Assembly: GCA_023144635.1 (NCBI GenBank)
Contig: JAGLFH010000036.1
Span: forward strand, 2,645-66,644
From: Candidatus Auribacterota bacterium
GTDB lineage: Bacteria > Auribacterota > JAFGBW01 > JAFGJP01
DNA length: 64,000 nt
Direction of reading: 5' to 3'
Position 1 is the first letter of the stretch. Each line of letters starts with the position of its first letter. Of this stretch, positions 39,539 through 49,591 are shown one piece after another. The notes below the pieces were generated by a model that saw only the letters and a list, made by a program, of their open reading frames with translations, was not told the DNA's origin and did not search any database. Both the position numbers and the translations under genes were made by a program.

Positions 39539-40078
39539 ATGAAAACAAGTCTGATTTTTACGTTGTTATTAGTTTCACTTTTTTTTATATCGGCCTGTAA
39601 AACAGAGCATAAAATAGCTGTTGAAACACCAAAACCCATAAAAATAGAGGCCCGGATCGATATTTATCTTCATGCAGCAAGTATTGAAGATATGGTATCA
39701 GGAAAAGCTCCTATTCCTAAAACACAAACACCTGATGATAAGGAAAGCTTTCTTAATAAGATAATAAAAGACGTTTTCTTTATAAAAGAAGCAACTGCTG
39801 AAGAAATTTCTTTTAAGAATATGACAAAGGATATGCAAGAGCTTATTTTAAGAAGAAAAAATCGATTTTCTGCAATAAGAACACTTATTGATCAGGGAAA
39901 ATTAAAAGAAGGAACAAACGGGTATCTAATAAAAACAGGTGATTTAGCAGATGATGAAAAGAAATTAATGGATGAAGAAAATAATGATAGAAAGTCTCTT
40001 TACAAAGAGCTTGCTAAACAAAACAATCTATCTCTTGAAAAAGTAGAAAAAGCATTTGCAAAAGCACATGACAAATAA
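39539..40078 (+). CDS. YnbE-like lipoprotein fused to YdbL (DUF1318)
   Basis: ISAC lipobox; KPIKIEARIDI; EGTNGYL..ENNDRKSLYKELA. Confidence 0.75.
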   Translation: MKTSLIFTLLLVSLFFISACKTEHKIAVETPKPIKIEARIDIYLHAASIEDMVSGKAPIPKTQTPDDKESFLNKIIKDVFFIKEATAEEISFKNMTKDMQELILRRKNRFSAIRTLIDQGKLKEGTNGYLIKTGDLADDEKKLMDEENNDRKSLYKELAKQNNLSLEKVEKAFAKAHDK

Positions 40079-40122
40079 GAACCTTACAGTTATCAGTTTT
40101 CAGCTTTTATAATATTAATGTA

Positions 40123-40671
40123 ATGGCTATTAATAACTTATTAAAAGTCTTTATAGGTAAAACCACCATAGAAGTAATTCGAGGTGATATAACTTTATCG
40201 GAAACTTGCGCTATTGTAAATGCTGCAAACAAGGATCTACAACCTGGAGGAGGCGTTGCAGGCGCAATTCATAGTGCTGCAGGAAATAAACTTTATGAAG
40301 AATGTAAAAAAATAGGATATTGTGAAACAGGAGATGCAAAATTAACACGTGGCTATGACCTTTTAGCTCAATATGTCATACATACTGTAGGCCCTGTTTA
40401 TAGCTCCAGTCCAGATGATGCTACGGCATTAAGATCATGTTATATAAATTCTCTTTTACTTGCTGAAAAAAATGTGATCAGCTCTATTTCTTTTCCGGCA
40501 ATAAGCACGGGTATCTTTGGTTATCCGGTAAATGAAGCTGCACATGTCTCATTAACAGCAATTAAAGATTATCTCAAAAAAGATTCCTCTATTGAGCTTA
40601 TAAGAATTGTATTATATGATTATCTATCATTTGAAATATTTGAAAATATTTTTAAAAAAGTCTTTGTTTAA
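40123..40671 (+). CDS. Macro domain protein (YmdB-like O-acetyl-ADP-ribose deacetylase)
   Basis: GDIT, IVNAAN, GGGVAGAIH, HTVGPVY, FPAISTGIFGYP. Confidence 0.93.
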   Translation: MAINNLLKVFIGKTTIEVIRGDITLSETCAIVNAANKDLQPGGGVAGAIHSAAGNKLYEECKKIGYCETGDAKLTRGYDLLAQYVIHTVGPVYSSSPDDATALRSCYINSLLLAEKNVISSISFPAISTGIFGYPVNEAAHVSLTAIKDYLKKDSSIELIRIVLYDYLSFEIFENIFKKVFV

Positions 40672-40672
40672 T

Positions 40673-41299
40673 ATGAACCAAATAAAATACTTTGAATCAA
40701 TTTATATTCCCTTAAGGAAAGAAAAAATATATAAACGCCTCGGCTATAATAAGCATTTTACCCGTATTGATGAAAAACAAAAAAATCAACTTGAAGATTA
40801 TTTTGAAGAAGCCCTTCTGCTCCTTGAGCTAAAAGGCGCTGCAAAACGTATTTTAATTGAGAAAAACAATACTGAAAAAATATCTTTGTCAGGAAACATT
40901 TCTTTTGAAAGCAAAAAACTGGCTAATTTTCTGGAAGGATCCAGTGAAGTACTTATCATGGGTGCAACCGCAGGTAAAAAAATAATGGAAAGTATTGTAA
41001 AAGATTCGACAAGTGATAACTTAACCCGTGGTGTAGTCTTTGATGCAGTTGCAAGTGAAATGGTAGATGATTGTTTCCTATGGATGGTCAATTATTTTAA
41101 TACTGAACTTAGAAGAGAAAACAGACAACTCACAAAAAGACGTTTCTCAGCAGGATATGGTGATTTTGAGCTAAAAAATCAAAAACTGATCTATAATATT
41201 CTTGAACTTAATAAACTTGATATTACATTAAGCAATAGTTTTATACTTATACCCGAAAAATCAGTTACTGCTGTAGCGGGAATTATAAATATAGAATAA
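40673..41299 (+). CDS. Stand-alone B12-dependent methionine synthase activation domain
   Basis: MGATAG, DAVASE, RFSAGYGD, LIPEKSVTAV. The ATG at 40673 follows the macro gene stop. Confidence 0.85.
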   Translation: MNQIKYFESIYIPLRKEKIYKRLGYNKHFTRIDEKQKNQLEDYFEEALLLLELKGAAKRILIEKNNTEKISLSGNISFESKKLANFLEGSSEVLIMGATAGKKIMESIVKDSTSDNLTRGVVFDAVASEMVDDCFLWMVNYFNTELRRENRQLTKRRFSAGYGDFELKNQKLIYNILELNKLDITLSNSFILIPEKSVTAVAGIINIE

Positions 41300-41378
41300 G
41301 GTATATCAACAAGGAAGAAGAAAAACAGATAGGAAACAGAATGAAGTTTATTGACCGAAAAACAAGTAGTGAACAAAA

Positions 41379-43013
41379 TTGAAAGAGTTTTATTTTATAC
41401 AAAACTCCGTGCGGCTTTTCATTTGCTTTTGCCTTTTTATAGCTGTGGGAGGTTGTACAACAGCTGAAAAAAATAGCCGGCAAAGCTGGAGCAGTCTGTT
41501 TGAACCAGACCGTCCTTTTTTTGCTGAAGATAAAAATCAGGCTTATGACCAGGAACATCTTGAAAAGGATTATGTCCGTCTGGGTGAGCTTTTGGAGGAA
41601 CTGGATGAGCTAGCTAATGAAATGGCAAAGATAAAAAGGAATTTTGCCTTAAGTGAAAAGCCTTATTTAACAGATAAGAATAATGAAGAGATTCAATTTT
41701 TGATGTTTCGTTATCTGAATGCACAGGATGCGCTCTGGCAGATTGCTGACTATTACCGCTCAATCGGAGCTGAAGATACTGTAATGGATACAAAAGGCGC
41801 GGTTCTTGGGATGAGCGCTGGCCTGAATCTTGGCTATTACAGTTCCAAGTTTATTGCTTTTTTTGTAGAGAACAATGAAATTATCCAGCTGATTAATTCC
41901 GCACATCCCCGCTATGAAATCCAGCGGGGTATGTTTGATCAATTATTTCATGATGTCACTTCCGTAGATAATCTTGAGTTTCTGCAAGTGGCCTGGTATC
42001 TTATCGGACGGGAACTGGCTGACAAGAATAGCCGGCTTTCTCAATTGCAGCTATCAGACCCTCTGTACAACGATCTAATCAAGAATATGGATCGTTTACA
42101 TGCTGATACGCTTCTTCAAACGAAATTTATTCTATATGCAAGCCGACATGATCTTCCGAATATCAGCAATCGTCTGCGTCACAGCCGCATTGTTAAGTTG
42201 GGCGAAGAAGCGATCGACAGAATCGGGCAGAATTTATACAAGGCGCGCGGTATTTTGTTCAAGAAAGTAGCACGTATTAAAAGACCAAATGCTCATCTGA
42301 CACAATTTTCTGAAGATCAGGTGCAAAAGATCAAGGCTATGCTTGAACCAGGCGATATTTTGCTGACCTATACAGCCGGGTATTTGGGGAATATTTTTCT
42401 GCCTGGAACATTTAAACATGGGATTACGTATATCGGCACCGTAAATGAAAGACGGCGTGTTGGTTTGGTAGATGATGTGCTCGCCAAATATGCTGTTTCT
42501 AAGAAACAGAGCCAGGAACTTATTAAACTCGTGAATTATGAGCGAATCCCATCAGGCCATGAGGCCAATATTATTGAAGCTGTAGCTGAAGGTGTACGGA
42601 TCTTTTCGCTCGATGAATTATTGGAAACACATATTAATTATTTGCTTGTTCTCCGTCCAAAATTATCGAACAAAGAGCGCCTGAAACAGCTGATATCAAC
42701 CATGCAGTATGTGGGAGTGGGCTATGATTTTAATTTTGATTTTATTGATGATACGAATCAAAGCTGTATGGAACTTATATACCGTACAATAGGAGCCACC
42801 GGAGCAATTGATCTTTCTCTTGTGGATCTGGATGGCCGCTGGGTCCTGGAGGCTGATAATATTGTGAATAATTATCTTGCGGGCACTCCGGATGCTTTTG
42901 ATTTTGTTTTATTTGCGGAAGAAACCTCTAAAGGCAAGGACTATAATGCAGTAGTCCATACAGGACACAATGGCAAAGCTAGACTGCGAGAACTAATGGC
43001 TGTGACACAATAA
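41379..43013 (+). CDS. YiiX/YebB-like permuted papain-like (NlpC/P60) lipoprotein
   Basis: VGGC lipobox; LEPGDILL, FKHGITY, IIEAVAEGV, GYDFNF, SCMELIY. Confidence 0.8.
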   Translation: MKEFYFIQNSVRLFICFCLFIAVGGCTTAEKNSRQSWSSLFEPDRPFFAEDKNQAYDQEHLEKDYVRLGELLEELDELANEMAKIKRNFALSEKPYLTDKNNEEIQFLMFRYLNAQDALWQIADYYRSIGAEDTVMDTKGAVLGMSAGLNLGYYSSKFIAFFVENNEIIQLINSAHPRYEIQRGMFDQLFHDVTSVDNLEFLQVAWYLIGRELADKNSRLSQLQLSDPLYNDLIKNMDRLHADTLLQTKFILYASRHDLPNISNRLRHSRIVKLGEEAIDRIGQNLYKARGILFKKVARIKRPNAHLTQFSEDQVQKIKAMLEPGDILLTYTAGYLGNIFLPGTFKHGITYIGTVNERRRVGLVDDVLAKYAVSKKQSQELIKLVNYERIPSGHEANIIEAVAEGVRIFSLDELLETHINYLLVLRPKLSNKERLKQLISTMQYVGVGYDFNFDFIDDTNQSCMELIYRTIGATGAIDLSLVDLDGRWVLEADNIVNNYLAGTPDAFDFVLFAEETSKGKDYNAVVHTGHNGKARLRELMAVTQ

Positions 43014-43217
43014 GTTGATACAAATATCAAGTACTCCGAGAGCTATAAGGAGATAACACTCTTAAATCCCAATAATTTCCTTCTTCGTTTAGTTGTTTAC
43101 AATATTGGTAACAAAAATTTCACGCAATAATCCTGTCAAATAATTTTATCTTTTGCATTTTTTTATTATTGGAAATAAATCATCTGCTTCCTAAAGAAGC
43201 TCCATAAACACATCACT

Positions 43218-43245
43218 CACTACGCATAACGCACAACTATTTATG
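43218..43245 (+). repeat. Second copy of the 28-bp dispersed repeat
   Basis: cactacgcataacgcacaactatttatg; overlaps the stop codon of 43237-43407. Confidence 0.55.
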
Positions 43246-43407
43246 AATGGGCGGTTTTGCAGCAAGCATAATACCAGCGAATATCCCTATAAGAACTGTT
43301 GTAAATGCATTACTTGTTAAAGGACATGTTCCTGTTGTGCATTTTGTGATCAAACTTAAAATATAACCTGCTCCTGCACCAATTAAAGCACCTATTACAT
43401 AACGCAT
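43237..43407 (-). CDS. Small membrane protein (DUF6132-like)
   Basis: GALIGAGAGY...CTTGTCPLTSN; AAAGGTG RBS before the ATG at 43407. Confidence 0.75.
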   Translation of the reverse strand: MRYVIGALIGAGAGYILSLITKCTTGTCPLTSNAFTTVLIGIFAGIMLAAKPPIHK

Positions 43408-43530
43408 ATATACACCTTTTTTCATAAACATATAAACATTATACAAATAAAAAATATTCATTTTTATCTTAATATAGTAACAAATTCCAACTCATGTTAT
43501 AATTTATAAAAAAAAATAAGGATTTTAAAA

Positions 43531-45930
43531 ATGGACACAAAAAGAAAAATATTAAATATTATCAAAAAAAGAATACTTATACTTGATGGTGCAACAGGAA
43601 CAGAACTTCAAAAGCGGGGATATCCAGGAGGAATTTGTCCTGAAAAATGGACAATAGATCATCCTGATGTTCTTAGTTCTATTTATTCCGATTACTGCAA
43701 AGCAGGTTCTGACATTGTTTTCACATCAACATTTGGAGCTAACAGGCTCAAACTTTCCGAATATAACATAAGTGACGTAGTTGGAACTAATAAAAAACTT
43801 GCCAGTTTAGCAAAAAAAGCTGTCACAAAAAACACTTTTGTTGCAGGAGACATAGGACCGACCGGGCATTTTATAGAACCATTTGGAAATATTAAATTTG
43901 AAGAAGCTGTTAATATTTTTAAGGAACAGGTTAAGGGACTTCTTGAAGGAGGAGTAGATCTTTTTGTAATAGAGACTATGATGGATATTCAGGAGGCACG
44001 CGCAGCTTTAATCGCTGTAAAAGAACTAACTGATTCTTTTACAATGGTAACGATGACTTTTGAAAAAGATGGAAGGACCTTAAACGGAACAAACCCTGCT
44101 GCAGCACTTATAACCCTTCAAAGCTTGGGGGCAGATGCTTTTGGCTGTAATTGTTCCACTGGGCCTCTTGGAATGCTTCCTTTTATTGAATCTATGAAAC
44201 CCCTTGCAACCATACCTTTAATAGCAAAGCCAAATGCCGGACTTCCTAAACTGTTAAAAGGAAAAACCGTTTTTGAAATGTCTCCTAAAGATTTTGCCCA
44301 AAGCACAAAAAATATTGCTTCAGCAGGAGCTAATATATTAGGCGGATGCTGCGGAACGACACCAAAACATATAGCACATTTAGAAAAAATATTAAAAAAT
44401 AAAAAGCCCCAAATGCCACTTAAAAAAAGTATAAGCGCACTCAGTTCTTCTAAAAAATCATTTATTCTAACTGAAAATGATCCATTAAAAATAATAGGAG
44501 AGCGTATAAATCCAACCGGCAAAAAAGCGCTTCAAGAAGAACTTTTAAACGGCAAAACCTCCTTAATACGCAGCTTTGCAAGAGAACAAAAAGAAAAAGG
44601 AGCATCTTTACTGGATGTTAATGTAGGTGTTCCGGACATCGATGAAGTAAAAGTCCTAAAAGACACTATAAATATGCTTTCTATAATAACAGATCTTCCT
44701 CTTGTCCTTGATTCTTCAAATATTAAAGCCTTAGAAAAAGCGCTAAGGATATATCCGGGACGTGCTCTTATAAACTCCATTTCCGGTGAAAAAGAAAAAA
44801 TAGAAAAGCTTCTTCCGATAGCTGCAAAATATGGAGCTATGTTCATATTGCTTCCATTAACAGATAAGGAAATACCTGCAACAGCTATAAAAAGAACAAA
44901 AATAATACAAAGCATTTATGGACATGCGAAAAAACTTGGATTTACCAAACAGGATATTGTTGTAGATTGTCTGGTAATGACTGTTTCATCTGATCCGCGT
45001 TCTGCTATTGAAACTTTAGATACAATAAGTTGGTGCAGAAAAACTTTTAAAACAAAAACAGTAATAGGTCTTTCAAATGTATCCTTTGGTATGCCGCAGA
45101 GAAAGTGGATAAATGCAAGTTTCCTTTCTCTTGCCGCCTCAAGAGGCCTTAACATGGCAATTGCAAATCCATCTCTTGAAACATTTATGAATATTAAAAT
45201 GGCATCAGATGTCCTCCTTAACAAAGATCCTGATGCTTCTAAATATATACAGCATTTTACAGATTCAAAACCACTTGATAAAAAAGAAGCTTTAGTTTCT
45301 ACTCCTGAAAAAAATGTATCCGCAGCCATTTTGGAAGGTAATAGAGAAGAAATAACCGAATTCATTTCAAAAGCACTTTCTACGATAACTCCTGAAGAAT
45401 TGGTAAACACTTATATGATACCTTCTATAACAAAAGTAGGTGATCTTTTTGAGAAAAAGGAGTATTTCCTTCCGCAATTAATAGCAAGTGCAGAAACAAT
45501 GAAAAAGGGATTTAACTACCTTCAGCCTTTATTAAAAAAGAGCCAAAAAACAAACAAGAGTTCTTCAGTTATCCTGCTTGCTACTGTAAGAGGTGATATT
45601 CATGATATCGGTAAAAACATTGTTGCTTTGATGCTTAAAAATCATGGATTTAAAGTAATAGATCTTGGAAAGGACGTTTCAACCGAAACTATACTAAACA
45701 AAATAAGAGATAATAAACCATCTATCGTAGGTCTTTCTGCATTAATGACAACAACAATGGTAAACATGAAAGAAGTTATAACGCAAGCTCGTAAAAAAGG
45801 TTTTAAATGTCATTTCATAGTAGGCGGTGCTGTTGTAACCAATTCATATGCAAAGTCTATTGGGGCGCAATATGCTAAAGATGGCGTTGAAGTAGTTAAG
45901 GCTGCAAAAATACTTATTAAAAATACCTAA
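43531..45930 (+). CDS. metH: B12-dependent methionine synthase (Hcy, pterin, cap and cobalamin domains; no activation domain)
   Basis: LDGATGT, NCSTGP, PNAGLP, GGCCGTTP, IGERINPTG, GLSNVSFG, GDIHDIGKNIV, SALMTT. Confidence 0.95.
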   Translation: MDTKRKILNIIKKRILILDGATGTELQKRGYPGGICPEKWTIDHPDVLSSIYSDYCKAGSDIVFTSTFGANRLKLSEYNISDVVGTNKKLASLAKKAVTKNTFVAGDIGPTGHFIEPFGNIKFEEAVNIFKEQVKGLLEGGVDLFVIETMMDIQEARAALIAVKELTDSFTMVTMTFEKDGRTLNGTNPAAALITLQSLGADAFGCNCSTGPLGMLPFIESMKPLATIPLIAKPNAGLPKLLKGKTVFEMSPKDFAQSTKNIASAGANILGGCCGTTPKHIAHLEKILKNKKPQMPLKKSISALSSSKKSFILTENDPLKIIGERINPTGKKALQEELLNGKTSLIRSFAREQKEKGASLLDVNVGVPDIDEVKVLKDTINMLSIITDLPLVLDSSNIKALEKALRIYPGRALINSISGEKEKIEKLLPIAAKYGAMFILLPLTDKEIPATAIKRTKIIQSIYGHAKKLGFTKQDIVVDCLVMTVSSDPRSAIETLDTISWCRKTFKTKTVIGLSNVSFGMPQRKWINASFLSLAASRGLNMAIANPSLETFMNIKMASDVLLNKDPDASKYIQHFTDSKPLDKKEALVSTPEKNVSAAILEGNREEITEFISKALSTITPEELVNTYMIPSITKVGDLFEKKEYFLPQLIASAETMKKGFNYLQPLLKKSQKTNKSSSVILLATVRGDIHDIGKNIVALMLKNHGFKVIDLGKDVSTETILNKIRDNKPSIVGLSALMTTTMVNMKEVITQARKKGFKCHFIVGGAVVTNSYAKSIGAQYAKDGVEVVKAAKILIKNT

Positions 45931-45973
45931 TTAAATTTTATCTTCTAAAATTTAATAAAATTTTTAAGCCCTA

Positions 45974-46843
45974 TTATAAACTCAAAAAAGTGAATTCTAA
46001 AGTTTCGTCCGGCACCACAATAGGAACAATTGAAAGATCATCTACTTCTATATCTTTTTCAGCAGCATCTTTTCCATCTTTCTCAAGATCAAAAAACTCA
46101 GGCGGCTCTGCAGATACAACAATACCCTTAGTGCTCAGACTTGCACAGATATGGCCAATTACAATATTTACAAACTCTTTAACCGCATCTATAGAAATAT
46201 CATCTACCTCTTCAATATGAGTTTTAAGCATCTTAGTCGAAATACTATAAAAAATCTCTTTTGAAAAACTTAAAATATAATATCCGTTTATTTCTTCTTT
46301 TAATTTTTGCCTTACTGAAAAATGCAGATTTCTCTGATTAATATGAGTTTTTTGGCATCCGCCTATTTTCCCGGATAAATCGACGATCCTTCGAAACAGG
46401 CTAAGTGTAACTGAAAGCATAATATCCATATGCTTGATATCGCTTATATTTTTCAAAGCATCCATCATGATCTGCATGTCTTTTTCCTGAGTATCTTTAT
46501 AATCATTTAAATTCATCTCAAGCTCTTTAAGATTCAGGAAATTCTTTTCGACAAGAGCTTCTCCAAGATATACACGATCACTTTTTTGCTGATGCAACAG
46601 GTCATCAAGAGTTTCTTTTGTCAGATATCCTTTTTCTACAGCAAGTTCACCAAAAAATTTATTTTCTTTTTTCTGAAGCTCTATTACTTCCGATACCTGC
46701 TCATGATTCATAAGACTTTTATCTATTGCTAAAGTACCCAGTTTGATGTTCACATTTTTTTGATATTCAACAGCCTCCAGCAACTGTTTTCGGGTAATGA
46801 CCCCCTTTTCTATCAAAAATTGTCCGAAGAATTTAATGCCCAT
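45974..46843 (-). CDS. CheX-family phosphatase with N-terminal MshEN-like repeats
   Basis: Four ~29-aa xxGxxLxxxG..Q repeats; CheX-type DAVKEFVNIVIG...EPP. Confidence 0.8.
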   Translation of the reverse strand: MGIKFFGQFLIEKGVITRKQLLEAVEYQKNVNIKLGTLAIDKSLMNHEQVSEVIELQKKENKFFGELAVEKGYLTKETLDDLLHQQKSDRVYLGEALVEKNFLNLKELEMNLNDYKDTQEKDMQIMMDALKNISDIKHMDIMLSVTLSLFRRIVDLSGKIGGCQKTHINQRNLHFSVRQKLKEEINGYYILSFSKEIFYSISTKMLKTHIEEVDDISIDAVKEFVNIVIGHICASLSTKGIVVSAEPPEFFDLEKDGKDAAEKDIEVDDLSIVPIVVPDETLEFTFLSL

Positions 46844-46873
46844 ATCTAAACTCCTTTGTGCAGGCAGCTGAGA

Positions 46874-47263
46874 TTAGTCTGCTTCTTTTGCCTCTATGAT
46901 CTTATTAAAAATTTCTACAATTCTTTCTTTTTCAATTGGCTTCATTATGAAATTCTCAGCGCCTTTTTTCAAACATTCAAGCACCTTTTCCTTTGTTCCC
47001 AAAGAAGAAAGCATGATTATTCTTGCATCTTTATCAAAAGAGATTATTTCCTCTAAAGTTTTATCTCCCGGCATATCAGGCATGATAATATCAAGAAAGA
47101 CCAAATCTGGTGAAAATTCTTTATATTTTTCAATAGCTTCAGCACCGTTAAGTGCTTCCTGTACATTATCTACTCCTTCATCTTCTAATATTTTTCTAAG
47201 CATCTGTCTGGCAATAATAGAATCATCCACTATTAAAACCTTAAGCTCAGTAGCACCTGGCAT
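46874..47263 (-). CDS. Single-domain response regulator (CheY-like)
   Basis: LIVDDS, PDLVFLDIIMPD, FIMKP; GGAGG RBS. Confidence 0.9.
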   Translation of the reverse strand: MPGATELKVLIVDDSIIARQMLRKILEDEGVDNVQEALNGAEAIEKYKEFSPDLVFLDIIMPDMPGDKTLEEIISFDKDARIIMLSSLGTKEKVLECLKKGAENFIMKPIEKERIVEIFNKIIEAKEAD

Positions 47264-47299
47264 AAAAACCTCCTTGAATTATATTAACAATAAACATCA

Positions 47300-49057
47300 T
47301 TATATTACTTTTGCGTTTTTTAGTAAAAACATTTTTAACCCATTTACAATACTTGTCGCAATATGCCCCTGGAACTCTTCCTTTTTCAAAAGCATTTCAT
47401 GTTCTGGTACTATTATATATGCAGCTTCTATAAGTATTGAAGGCAAAAATGGATTCCTTAGAACTGCGAAATTACCGAAATGAACTCCTCTGTCAACAAA
47501 CCCTGTTGCAGAAACAAGCTCATTATGAACAAATTCAGCTAATATCTCTGATGAAGGAGTATAAAAATATGTCTCGGTCCCAAAAACATCATATGGATTT
47601 ACACTGTTTGAAACAGAGTTGTTATGTATACTTACAAAAATCCTGCTTTTTTTGCTGTTTGCAAAATTAACTCTTTCACGAAGACTTGCTTCATCTTTTT
47701 TGACTTTACGGGTCATAACTACTTTGGCACCATTTTTCTTGAGTATTTTACTTATTTTTGAGGCAATATCCCAATTTATGTCTTTTTCTTTTAATCTTGT
47801 CGGCCCTACTGCACCTGCACCAGGATTATGCCCTGCATCAATACATATGACCATATTTTTAAAAGGGGTCTCCTTTTTAATAACCGGTGGACGCTTTATA
47901 CTAAGTATCATCTTATTTTTTTCAAATAAGATATCCCATCCCCATATAGGCTGAAACGGCAGGATAACATCCATTTTCAACACATCCTGATCTATCTGCT
48001 GAAAAGATATGTTTTTTATATCTTTATAATGCTCATTTTGAACCTTGTCAATATTAGCGTGGGCAGAAAAAAAGGTGATTGAAAGAGTAGAATCACTAAT
48101 TTTCTCTTCAACAAGATACGGAACAGCCCTAGTACATGCTGAAATGATTTTTATATCATCTTTATCCTGCAAAACTTTTACATTACCTATTCGTGCATCC
48201 TGCAGCATACCGGTTTTTTCAACCTTTGTAATATCCTTTTTATTGACATAGACATTCTCTTTATCCGATAGATCAAGTTTTATATATGGACCTATTATGC
48301 CGGATGCTTTTAAACGAATCCCTTTATAAAGAAGAAGCCTGTAGCCACCATCAGGATAATTTCTTGCTTTCACATAATTTTCTTTTACTTCATAGTTATC
48401 ATCAAACAAAAAATTCTTTATCAAAATCGTATTAGGGCACTCTTTAATAGCAATTCTGTTTTGTTTATCAAATAGTTCAAAAATTATCTCTTTTGGCTTT
48501 TGGAACTCTTCTTTGAATGTATAGATTCCTTCATAAACGCCTAAATACCCCTTATACTCTATTTCTTTCATTTCAAAACGCATTTCTTCTTCTTTAAATC
48601 TGAAAAAAGCAGACTTTCCCGGTGTTCCCATAAAACGCATAATGACTTTCACCCCAGGATTAAGCACCATAGAAGTACTTGGTTCCATAAAAACACTTCT
48701 TATTTCTTTTGAATCAGGTAAAGAGCTTTTCAATTTACCCGATATTTTTACTGTTCGCTTATTTTCAAAAACATTCCCATTCAGCTCTGAACGTACCTGA
48801 AAAGTAAATGTTCCCTTTTCAACCGGAACAAACGAAAGAAAAGCACCATTTGAATGAACTTTTACATCAATTCCATTAACTGTGACCGTGCTTCCAGGCT
48901 TAGTGTTTCCAAAAATAAATGAATGACTAATAAAAGGAAAAGACTGATTTTCAACAGGAAAAACTATGTCAGGATATTTACTACTCTCAGCAGCAGTTAA
49001 ATAGCATTCAAATAAAAACAAAAAAATAAGAATAAAAAGAGACAGCTTTTTTGTCAT
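47300..49057 (-). CDS. N-acetylmuramoyl-L-alanine amidase (Amidase_3)
   Basis: Signal peptide; IDAGH, EKDIN, FVSIHNN, ILIEAAY. Confidence 0.9.
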   Translation of the reverse strand: MTKKLSLFILIFLFLFECYLTAAESSKYPDIVFPVENQSFPFISHSFIFGNTKPGSTVTVNGIDVKVHSNGAFLSFVPVEKGTFTFQVRSELNGNVFENKRTVKISGKLKSSLPDSKEIRSVFMEPSTSMVLNPGVKVIMRFMGTPGKSAFFRFKEEEMRFEMKEIEYKGYLGVYEGIYTFKEEFQKPKEIIFELFDKQNRIAIKECPNTILIKNFLFDDNYEVKENYVKARNYPDGGYRLLLYKGIRLKASGIIGPYIKLDLSDKENVYVNKKDITKVEKTGMLQDARIGNVKVLQDKDDIKIISACTRAVPYLVEEKISDSTLSITFFSAHANIDKVQNEHYKDIKNISFQQIDQDVLKMDVILPFQPIWGWDILFEKNKMILSIKRPPVIKKETPFKNMVICIDAGHNPGAGAVGPTRLKEKDINWDIASKISKILKKNGAKVVMTRKVKKDEASLRERVNFANSKKSRIFVSIHNNSVSNSVNPYDVFGTETYFYTPSSEILAEFVHNELVSATGFVDRGVHFGNFAVLRNPFLPSILIEAAYIIVPEHEMLLKKEEFQGHIATSIVNGLKMFLLKNAKVI

Positions 49058-49062
49058 AGCCA

Positions 49063-49091
49063 ATTATAATCACATAAGTTAAGTGCGTCAA
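49063..49091 (-). promoter_or_regulatory. Sigma-70 promoter of the amidase gene (leaderless transcript likely)
   Basis: TTGACG-17 nt-TATAAT, with the ATG 5 nt downstream. Confidence 0.7.
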
Positions 49092-49301
49092 GAGACAGAA
49101 AGAATAAAAATAAAAATTTTAAATTACAAATGTGGAACCCTGCGGCCTTACACCCGTAACTTTATGCGGATGCGGGTAAAATTTAAGGAACGCTAAGAAA
49201 CATAGAAAAGCATGACCTTCATTCCACTCCCGGAGTGAAATGAAGCGGGATATGGTCAATCTAGCAGCATGACACAGATGTAAAAAACAGCAAAAAATTC
49301 A

Positions 49302-49328
49302 AAAGTATCCCCAAAATTATGCCGATAT
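49302..49328 (+). promoter_or_regulatory. Putative sigma-28 (FliA) promoter 1
   Basis: AAAG-15 nt-GCCGATAT. Confidence 0.6.
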
Positions 49329-49560
49329 AAATAATAGAGGTGTTTAAGGATAATTTAGCTGGTATCCGGCATTTCCGGCTCATTCTATGATTATTCATTA
49401 TAGTCTGGAGTTATGGGTGTTATAGATACCAATAATAATTAAAGCAGGACTTTGTTAAATAGTAAAAAAGAAAAAAGATCAGAAAATAACACGGATTATA
49501 CACAGGACGAACAAACAAGCACCACTAGTAAAATATTTGATTAATACAATATTTTTTTGT

Positions 49561-49586
49561 TAAAAAAAACAGTTCTTTGCCGATAT
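49561..49586 (+). promoter_or_regulatory. Putative sigma-28 (FliA) promoter 2
   Basis: TAAA-14 nt-GCCGATAT. Confidence 0.6.
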
Positions 49587-49591
49587 ATAAT

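Noticed and set aside
43020-43530. Cobalamin or SAM riboswitch upstream of metH
   Set aside because: The region is AT-rich, holds a small opposite-strand gene and has no B12 box or SAM-I core.
46896-47483. 195-aa plus-strand ORF and the many other short antisense ORFs in the track
   Set aside because: They are shadows of well-supported genes on the opposite strand.
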